From NCBI RefSeq assembly GCF_000018105.1, contig NC_009925.1, positions 3,720,001-3,752,000 on the forward strand: a stretch of 32,000 nucleotides of DNA. Direction: 5' to 3'. A program made the translations under genes and the position numbers. Within the stretch, counting starts at the first letter, position 1, and each line of letters starts with the position of its first letter. Under the pieces are notes generated by a model. That model saw nothing but the letters and a program-made list of their open reading frames with translations, made no database searches and was not told where the DNA came from. The stretch comes from Acaryochloris marina MBIC11017 (lineage in GTDB: Bacteria > Cyanobacteriota > Cyanobacteriia > Thermosynechococcales > Thermosynechococcaceae). Shown here one piece after another: positions 28,101 through 32,000 of this stretch.

Positions 28101-29949
28101 TGGTGACTGAGCCCAGGTTGGGAACAGTGAAGACAAAGTTGGGAGTGGTGCCGACCCCTAGTGCTTGTTGTCCCTCCTTTAGGGAGAGGGTTCCACCGGT
28201 TCCGGTTTGGGTATCGATGGCTCCAGCATCGTTGAGAAAGAAGAGAATATCGTTGGCTTGGGTAAGAGCGCTGGCCTGAGCAATAGTTAAAGGACTGCTT
28301 TGGGTTCCACTGCCAGCGGTGCCATCTCCATCGATGAAGAAAATATTGATGGGGAGTCCAGTGGCGGGGTTAAGGGCTACTTGGGAATTTGAGGCAATAA
28401 TCTGAGGTCCAAGGGGAGAAAGGGAACCTTGACCCGCTGCCGCTGCCTGGAGTTCAGCCATAGAAATAGGACGATTGATGTCCTGGGCAAAGGTCGTGAT
28501 TTCGTACTCGCGCTCAATCGGGCGACGGGCTAATCGCTGGGTAAGGGTGAGGGGCTGAGAGCGTTTAGGGCCTCCAAAGGGAATCCCCAGACGAACAAAG
28601 CCTTCGAGTTCTGAGCCTCGGGTTTCATCAAAGCGGAAACGGCCGCCAACTTGTAACAAGCCTCCGTTCATCCCTAAAGGATCTTGAACTTCGAGTTGGG
28701 TACGGGCCATGGGGCCATCGATGCTGAGGGTTTCGCGACTGTCAAAGAAGAAGTAGCCTCCAAACAGGCCGAGACTGACTTTGTCATTGAAGTGATGACG
28801 ATGGCCTGCTTCAAAGTCAAACCCGGCCAGGGCTCGTTCACGAGCTTCTAGAGTAAGGGTTTGTTGGACAATGTTGGTGCCCAGGCCATTCGCTCTCGGC
28901 TGAATCCCTAAAACACCGTTGATGGTGCGTTGACCGACGACATTAGGGTTACTGCCAGGGAGATAGCCGTTAACTCTAAACTCGAATTTCTTGTTGACGA
29001 GTTCAGCCCCAAGGCTGCCTTGGTGATACTGAAAGCCGTTTTCACTCCGTTTAGAATCGTAGAAGGCATGGGTGCCGAGAATCCAAGGGTTCTCGTTCGA
29101 GGTGTTGAGGATACGGCGATAGGCGAGACCAAGGTTGCCCAGGAAGGTTTCGTTACTGCCTCCTTCAAAATGAACATCAGCAAAGGCGAAGGATTGATCA
29201 TCCTGCCAGAAGGGAAGTCGGAGGTTGATCCCTCCAAATTGACGACGGGTACTGCCACGGAATTCGGTATCGACAAAGTAGGGAATGCCTAGGTTGGTAG
29301 AAGTGTCTGCTTCTGTATTGGTGTCGTTAGAAGTATCTGATTTCTCGCCAGTTTTGGTGTCCGTAGGGACATTAGGCTCTGCTTGGACTAAGCGGTGGGA
29401 TGTTGCTGCAGGAAGATTAGATGGAGTCGTTCCTTTATTGATCGCGACAACTTGTGGTGCTGTTGTCCATCCTGCTTCTGCCAACGTGCGAGGCGGAGAG
29501 GCTGTAAAGGGTGGATTGGTGTCAATCGTTGGAGGAAGCTGGTCGATGACAGGCTGATCCGTCAGGTCCTTGGGTGAAGGCTGGGGGTGTTGGTCAGATT
29601 CTAAAGGAGCTGTTAGGGATGCTTCAGGACGCTGTGTGATGCTCTCATCCTGGGGTAAAGGAGATAGAGAATGTTCGGGAACGGTGTCAGCAGAGTCAAG
29701 CGCCAATTGAAAGTCGCTGGGTGGAGAGATGTAGGCTGCAGTAATCTCCGATTCTGCCGAAGGTGGTGCCTCTAATGGTGCTGGATCAGTACCGATATTC
29801 CCTAGAGGCTCGGTTGCTTGGGGTAGGGCAGCCGAGATCTCTTCGGCCAGCGCCGCCATGGGCCATACCCCTGCGATCAGCAAACTAAGTGCTAAGGATT
29901 TCCCAAGGTGAGATCGCACCTTGGGATCAATACTCATCCAGCCAGCCAT
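19156..29949 (-). CDS. Giant (3597 aa) outer-membrane inverse-autotransporter-like adhesin with a parallel beta-helix repeat passenger
   Basis: A single uninterrupted ORF with an ATG start and GAGG 7 nt upstream. It has a signal peptide, a Pro-rich spacer, a barrel signature and about 3100 aa of T/N/G-rich beta-helix-type repeats. See the sub-features and findings. Confidence 0.85.
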   Translation of the reverse strand: MAGWMSIDPKVRSHLGKSLALSLLIAGVWPMAALAEEISAALPQATEPLGNIGTDPAPLEAPPSAESEITAAYISPPSDFQLALDSADTVPEHSLSPLPQDESITQRPEASLTAPLESDQHPQPSPKDLTDQPVIDQLPPTIDTNPPFTASPPRTLAEAGWTTAPQVVAINKGTTPSNLPAATSHRLVQAEPNVPTDTKTGEKSDTSNDTNTEADTSTNLGIPYFVDTEFRGSTRRQFGGINLRLPFWQDDQSFAFADVHFEGGSNETFLGNLGLAYRRILNTSNENPWILGTHAFYDSKRSENGFQYHQGSLGAELVNKKFEFRVNGYLPGSNPNVVGQRTINGVLGIQPRANGLGTNIVQQTLTLEARERALAGFDFEAGHRHHFNDKVSLGLFGGYFFFDSRETLSIDGPMARTQLEVQDPLGMNGGLLQVGGRFRFDETRGSELEGFVRLGIPFGGPKRSQPLTLTQRLARRPIEREYEITTFAQDINRPISMAELQAAAAGQGSLSPLGPQIIASNSQVALNPATGLPINIFFIDGDGTAGSGTQSSPLTIAQASALTQANDILFFLNDAGAIDTQTGTGGTLSLKEGQQALGVGTTPNFVFTVPNLGSVTIFDAGQPQLVNGANNNVLTLANNNTIDGLAFNGQNTAPRGIAAVTGATNTTIRNSSLGNFTIAGIQITPSTNTTIDNVVFNNNATDAIVNAANTTLANVASTNATGPAIQILNATGTTTLTNVNISNSGGDGLQFANPSGTITATNVDITNAGDNSIDITGGDATFTFDDTSSITNATSSAFNVAGGTTTVTYNGTVTQNNPASAVNIADKTGGTTTFNGLVTANTSTAPGVNLTNNTGNTVAFNGGLDIDTTTGTGFNATNGGTVNVTATSGDESVTTTSGTALNLNNIAANITFDSVSSTGGTNGINLDTVTGSVGVSGTTTIANTTGDGFLATNSTGTYTFGPVTITNAGLDGLDLSGINDATTVFNLGALTINGFTGTGINLAGANVGVTAPTVAITNTGNVGTGIDLTNTTGNRVITLGDPANINGDTPSSIAGVSVGVQLNNANANFIFGDGELTVDAPSTIAATTPIDASAVGTNGTYNFRDVAFAGSPGLGFTFPELFFVDQNTNGSGATITDPGSITAAEASPTADIFILVNTSGTDVIDAINAGGSFDLTANQQILSFRNGSTINVPFAGPGNVLLNASTGSITDTTGNGVPTLTTTGAGTPATVAFANNNTINGVVLDNGSNGPAVSGTGLAGTATIQQSTLPTVDFNGGTVNVNITGSTLNNGNPLATVNVSGGHTGALTVDAATTINATNGNGLQFDNADGTYTFNSPITLNGGDAGIDILNGSGGTFAFANTAITNPTGIAYNEDTSTATVTYTGTITQNNAVSAININNKTGGTTTFNGLVTANTGTATGVNLTSNAGSTVSFTGGLDIDTTTAIGFNVTGSTVNVGAMGSTGTYTVVTTDGLAVNIADSTVNTTFNSISATRSTSGSGITLSNLDGAFTVNGGTLSSPVGGNQNSFSIIQNDVTTTRNLTVAIDGISIIHDATASIGGLDFGVFAETRDDDQLVLSIANSIFKTEDQGVVIQGITEGLIVTDFSNNTLQGDSTAFNPAFMANGFRFDGVVFDADPNTAGLQEVQGGTLTLGSPTERTSFGFTAATLDTGRSSRGTIRFDQFNANVTNAAILTNASSADLTIRILDGNVDAGQIDLNQVNSEITLSSLNLNGDGFDSGFVANQVTGSFTVTGATSITAPEISQEIGAQFFSPNPSAGTTQGINISNSSANFAFNSISIAPSTITPATGNVLTNGGPTVGIQLTGNTGTFTATGTTTINTTVEDGILISNNPGNVTFGTTNISNPGAPIVPTPLFTPRVIDAAGIDIEGVNNGAIAFGNTSITNFGDDTGVDFAGSDPVGGVRFTSLNIAGTGTAGSVGIDLSSTLGNRLIQVGDSMNPGTDTPSSIANVEIGVELSSSQAVGTTANVNFIFGDGEDTVDQASTISVTAGGFTVQAVGLDPASGTYNFNDVTFTGNPNFPGGAGVAGQLFFVSDTGTGNGSSPTQAASVAAAQTQANLATVNTFVFINNGTTYNFDTLLAAAGNSFTLGTGDAIDGFGNGQTFGFQQPANVLGTFPSTNITDPTGNGAAVLSTSAGNNVITLANNNTIQNVIFDGSSTATRAIAGLTGANNTTIQNTTIQNFTTGIEITPSTNTTLNNVTFSGNNTDVIVNAADTMLSNITSTGTTGTSLQITNATGTTTLQNVSLAGGVVFTNAAGTINIDNLDITNATGIGVDISGGNATFDFDTASSITNPTSTAFNLNGGTASITYSGSIAQANNASTVNVTGGHSTGTVTFQTGMLSATNGNGLQFNNADGTYNFNGTTTLNGSDAGIDILNGSAGTFTFANTTITSPTGISLNVDGGAANINYNGTSSIAQANNVSAVNVQSGHTGTITFANTTNINATNGNGLQFNNADGTYNFNGTTTLNGGDAGIDILNGSAGTFTFSANTSITSPSGTAFNEDTSTASVTYAGTITQNNAASAVNINNKTGNTTAFNGLVTANTSTAPGINLTNNTGSTINFNGGLNIDTTTGTGLNATTGGTVGVAATAGDESVTTTSGQAINLNGIASNITVDTVSSTAGASGISLNTLTGSFAVTGTTTVNSPTGNAIALTSNSGTLTFGTVNIDLGTTASTSGIRYVGTNAATTFGTTTITDVGAAANQVGINFNGATLSGTAAYNSVAISGPDTSTNSIGVDLTALAGNQTVNLGTQTTPATGPSSSITDLHRGVVIDNTAAVQFTFGDGESASDTGSSINVNAQAGAFTVDAGNGTLAASSFDFEDVTFGAGDAANFPAGAASATFVSQNGGTLTAGSFGLSQSISTISVAAADLLAGTETFAFIGNIDVTAQGATGFTLATGQSITGFANTNSVSFGSIKPANILGTFSTVGGTITANSAVITNSTAGSDVLTLGGNNTIEHNTFEYSTGTANIFDIDNATAGFSNGTGITIQNNVIQNVSANATVFNVANLTTNVTAQNNTINVAGALLNANGGTGNITITRGTGTAFSARNVNVANKTGGTVAITGPLTLNSGTVNAVNLTSNTGATINFAGSNLDIDTTTGIGFNATNGGTVNVTGTANTINSGATTALNIANTTIGTSGVTFQSISANGGTNGINLNNVGSGGFNVTGDGATLGSGGLIDNSTGAGIRLSNAQNISLSFIDVTDGGDDGIFGDNVNGFTLTSGRILRNGNANGESGIQFGDTTTPLNGVTGAVSITNSLIDSSQSFGIDIRNSSGTLSSLTLTGNTISNNTQDSAFVYEGTGTSVLTTANIANNTIQNIPASAFIINVTDQGTADVVLDGNTITGTNTFGQITSNLNAVVNFDIRNHGTAGNPVLFSNAASDGINVLLGSQSTTSGRLQGNIDNNFISLTDTNNFGEPIEAIAQGNGTLTITITDNTLVNDGFNEVVRLFARDGDNTFNATITGNTLTQSNIFGLPGIFFQSGASGSTTDDINACADIGGAGALANTITTEAGVIDIRLRLRSSTDSFVLPGFTGLGTSATDVETYLTGRNNGVADNTTIDAGLTFSGGVSCPTPP
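19159..21372 (-). repeat. Passenger super-repeat U4 (aa 2860-3597), with a divergent, more highly charged C-terminal beta-helix and a Cys pair
   Basis: It begins ATFVSQNGGTL...TFAFIGN...LTLGGNNTIE. The distal part has PbH1-like turns (GIRLSNAQNISLSFIDVTDGGDDGIFGDNVNGFTLTSGRILRNG...). Confidence 0.55.
21373..23808 (-). repeat. Passenger super-repeat U3 (aa 2048-2859)
   Basis: It begins QLFFVSDTGTGNGSSPTQAASVAAAQ...TFVFINN...ITLANNNTI and ends ...QFTFGDGESASD...SSFDFEDVTF. Confidence 0.55.
22333..22938 (-). repeat. Tandem duplication of a 303-bp (101-aa) unit inside U3
   Basis: 22442-22562 and 22745-22865 are offset by exactly 303 nt and differ at about 7 of 120 positions by hand comparison. 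The peptides are NATNGNGLQFNNADGTYNFNGTTTLNG[GS]DAGIDILNGSAGTFTF. Confidence 0.75.
23809..26592 (-). repeat. Passenger super-repeat U2 (aa 1120-2047), carrying a unique, more highly charged insert
   Basis: It begins ELFFVDQNTNGSGATITDPGSITAAEA..ADIFILVN...VAFANNNTI and ends ...NFIFGDGEDTVD...GTYNFNDVTF. Confidence 0.55.
26593..28350 (-). repeat. Passenger super-repeat U1 (aa 534-1119): beta-helix domain with its own N-terminal cap-like segment
   Basis: It begins INIFFIDGDGTAGSGTQSSPLTIAQA..ANDILFFLN...LTLANNNTI and ends ...NFIFGDGELTVD...GTYNFRDVAF. Confidence 0.55.
28570..29292 (-). other. Inverse-autotransporter (intimin/invasin family) beta-barrel domain signature (aa ~220-460)
   Basis: NLGLAYRRIL....WILGTHAFYDSKRSENGFQYHQGSLGAELVNKKFEFRVNGYLPGS...ERALAGFDFEAGH follows the IAT_beta pattern as I recall it (NlGlGyR, GvNaFYD, R.glGaE, NgYlPls, Gydle). 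Alternating hydrophobic strands continue up to RLGIPFGG. Confidence 0.62.
29293..29844 (-). other. Pro/Ser/Thr/Asp/Glu-rich low-complexity spacer (aa 36-219), presumably periplasmic
   Basis: Composition is visible in the translation (PAPLEAPPSAESE..., HPQPSPKDLTDQPVIDQLPPTIDTNPP...). I did not recognise LysM or SLH motifs. Confidence 0.5.
29845..29949 (-). other. Sec signal peptide of the giant protein (aa 1-35)
   Basis: MAGWMSIDPKVRSHLGKSLALSLLIAGVWPMAALA/EE has a basic n-region, a hydrophobic core and an A-x-A cleavage site. Confidence 0.6.
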
Positions 29950-30636
29950 TAGTACCTCACTTACCGCTCAGCGGTTGTGTCTCACTTGCAAGTCACCCTG
30001 GCAACCATTGGGTTGCTAGATTTATCTCTTGTTCCCAAAAATCATGGCAACTTACATGACTAGGGATAATTAGTCTTTGGTAGGGGAGCGAAGAAGATTT
30101 CAATCAGTCATGCAGGTATCTTTGGGGTTATCTAGTATTTGTTCTAGTCAAAAAGTATGAGAGTGACCTGCCTTGATTCCACGCCATCAGCCATGCTCTA
30201 TACGTGTCTGGAAAAGGACTATCGTCAGTCTTGAAGAGGTCAAGCCCGGTTCTTTATTCAAACAGTGAAAATCTAAGGTGCAAAGTAGCTTGTGTCCTAG
30301 TCGAGATAAGCTATTGCTGACGTCATGTTGCAGCAAAATAATTTAAATTTCAAAGAATGATTTTTGCTGAATTAATTTAAGATCAATCCTGTCTAACCAT
30401 TTCAGTGAAATGATTTTAAGGAAATTATTTAGTAATTTATCTGCAAAAAATTGCTAAATAAAGTCTCTGAATAGAACTTGCTTAACGTCTTTTTATCTCC
30501 TTTGAAATAAGCCTCAGAAAACGGCATTAGACTAAAAACTTAAATTACTCTGTCAAAAGATATGCAATAATTTGTTACATTCAAGATCTGAGCTGTATGA
30601 GTAACAGTTCAAGCCCTTTGTTTGAGAAAAAGAAGC

Positions 30637-32000
30637 ATGCGTGTTGCGATTGTTGGTGCGGGTTTGGCAGGGATGGCCACCGCTGTTGACTTAGTGGATG
30701 CCGGTCACGAAGTCGAGCTATACGAAGCTCGTCCCTTTGTTGGTGGTAAGGTCAGCAGCTGGGTTGATGACGACGGCAACCATATTGAAATGGGCCTGCA
30801 TGTCTTCTTTGGCAATTACCGTCGCCTGTTTGACCTGATGGCAAAGGTAGGGGCTTTAGATCACTTCTTGCTAAAAGAGCATGTTCATAACTTTGTGAAT
30901 AAAGGTGGGCGTCTTGGGGCCCTGGACTTCCGGTTTTTTGCTGGGGCGCCCTTTAATGGCCTAAAAGCCTTTTTTACGACGTCGCAACTGTCCTTGAGAG
31001 ACAAGATTCAGAATGCGATCGCACTCGGTACCAGCCCCATTGTTCGCGGTCTAGTCGATTACGAAGGGGCCATGCGCAACATCCGCGCCCTAGATAATGT
31101 CAGCTTTGCCGATTGGTTCCGCCGTCATGGTGGCAGTGACGGCAGCATCAAACGTATGTGGAATCCCATTGCCTATGCTCTTGGGTTTATCGACTGTGAA
31201 AATATCTCCGCCCGCTGCATGCTCACCATCTTTCAGATGTTTGCGGTCCGCCGCGAAAACTCCATGCTACGGATGCTCGAAGGCTCACCCCAAGAATATC
31301 TGCATCAACCCATCATTAACTACTTAGAAGAGCGGGGCGTTAAATTTCATCTGCGTCGGCGCACCCTAGAAGTGATGTACGACAACAAAGATGACGAGAC
31401 CCATATTACCGGCCTCCGAGTGGCGAAGGAAGAAGGGGATGAAATCATTACAGCAGATGCTTATGTTTGTGCCTGCGATGTCCCTGGAATTAAGCGTCTG
31501 ATTCCAGATGATTGGCGCCACTGGTCAGAATTTGACAATATCTATAAACTTGATGCTGTTCCTGTGGCCACCGTGCAGCTCCGCTTTGATGGCTGGGTCA
31601 CCGAAATGAACGACCCCCAAGCTCGTAAACAAGTGGAAAAAGCAACGGGATTGGATAACCTGCTCTATACTGCCGATGCTGATTTCTCGTGTTTTGCCGA
31701 TCTAGCCCTGACGAGTCCTAGCGATTACTACAAAGAAGGTGAAGGGTCCCTCATGCAGCTGGTGCTAACCCCTGGCGATCCTTTTATCAAAAAGAGCAAT
31801 GAAGAAATTGCTAACCATGTCCTTCAGCAGGTTCAAGAGCTGTTCCCCTCGGCCCGAGATCTCAATATGACTTGGTATAGCGTGGTTAAGCTGGCCCAGT
31901 CTCTCTATCGAGAAGCGCCCGGCATGGAACCCTATCGCCCCCACCAAAAAACACCCATTCCTAACTTTTTCCTAGCCGGAAGCTACACCAATCAAGACTA
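30637..32000 (+). CDS. crtQ: Zeta-carotene desaturase (partial; continues past the right edge)
   Basis: Hand translation from ATG 30637 gives [61 protein letters not shown]...[10 protein letters not shown], which is the ZDS pattern rather than the PDS pattern. It is open to the window end and absent from the ORF track for that reason. Confidence 0.88.
   Translation, partial: MRVAIVGAGLAGMATAVDLVDAGHEVELYEARPFVGGKVSSWVDDDGNHIEMGLHVFFGNYRRLFDLMAKVGALDHFLLKEHVHNFVNKGGRLGALDFRFFAGAPFNGLKAFFTTSQLSLRDKIQNAIALGTSPIVRGLVDYEGAMRNIRALDNVSFADWFRRHGGSDGSIKRMWNPIAYALGFIDCENISARCMLTIFQMFAVRRENSMLRMLEGSPQEYLHQPIINYLEERGVKFHLRRRTLEVMYDNKDDETHITGLRVAKEEGDEIITADAYVCACDVPGIKRLIPDDWRHWSEFDNIYKLDAVPVATVQLRFDGWVTEMNDPQARKQVEKATGLDNLLYTADADFSCFADLALTSPSDYYKEGEGSLMQLVLTPGDPFIKKSNEEIANHVLQQVQELFPSARDLNMTWYSVVKLAQSLYREAPGMEPYRPHQKTPIPNFFLAGSYTNQD

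Noticed and set aside
20095-29577. Numerous long plus-strand ORFs (60-227 aa) in the ORF track, opposite or overlapping the giant gene, plus minus-strand alternative-frame ORFs.
   Set aside because: They lie entirely within the uninterrupted 10.8-kb minus-strand ORF. Their translations are low-complexity (V/P/L/A-rich), as expected from reading ACN/GGN/AAY-rich codons in antisense or shifted frames. They lack RBS or start context. They are artefacts of the repeat composition.
19156-29949. Giant gene as an RTX toxin, a filamentous haemagglutinin (TPS) exoprotein or a classical C-terminal-barrel autotransporter.
   Set aside because: I saw no GGxGxD nonapeptide arrays, no N-terminal TPS domain motif (NPNL/NPNGI) and no C-terminal barrel, since the protein ends in a soluble-looking Cys-containing head. 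The barrel-like segment is N-terminal, which favours the inverse (Ve) layout.
1-32000. Search for tRNA, rRNA, CRISPR arrays, IS elements/transposases, integrases and prophage structural genes.
   Set aside because: I found no regularly spaced direct repeats, no T-loop-like GTTCGAATC motifs in intergenic DNA, no terminal inverted repeats flanking ORFs, and no ORF with transposase, integrase or capsid-like sequence. The tail-collar genes are therefore not part of a recognisable prophage within this window.

Overview
This is a cyanobacterial chromosomal segment. The evidence is at least six copies of the HIP1 palindrome GCGATCGC and a gene set that includes chlM, an HLIP, cyAbrB, crtQ/zds and Fe-SOD. 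About half of the window (1-15.6 kb and 30.6-32 kb) is ordinary housekeeping. It holds holA (partial), cobH-cobL, cyAbrB divergent from a type-E-like sdhB, an HLIP gene, sodB, squalene synthase divergent from an HpnG-like phosphorylase, a HAL2-type bisphosphate nucleotidase, chlM, an SDR, a GNAT, a perR/PrxII/gor oxidative-stress module, a Tat-lipoprotein Rieske protein and zeta-carotene desaturase (partial). The accessory-looking part is 15.7-30 kb, with two parts. (1) A compact cluster of a small Tat-signal protein (minus strand), an AT-rich gap, a GNAT, a signal-less paralog of the small protein, and three tightly coupled tandem paralogs carrying a phage tail-collar-type domain. Each paralog has one conserved His-Thr-His motif, and no other phage genes occur in the window. 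(2) Convergent on that operon, a single 10.8 kb gene encodes a 3597-aa protein. It has a signal peptide, a Pro-rich spacer, an inverse-autotransporter (intimin/invasin-type) beta-barrel signature and a passenger of about 3100 aa. The passenger is built from four tandem Thr/Asn/Gly-rich parallel-beta-helix super-repeats, contains a recent 303-bp tandem duplication, and has only two cysteines, both at the distal C-terminus. I regard the tail-collar triad with its small-protein paralogs and GNAT as the best candidate for an undescribed system, possibly acting together with the giant adhesin. I saw no rRNA, tRNA, CRISPR array or transposase/integrase. All family assignments come from motif recognition by eye and need HMM or BLAST confirmation.
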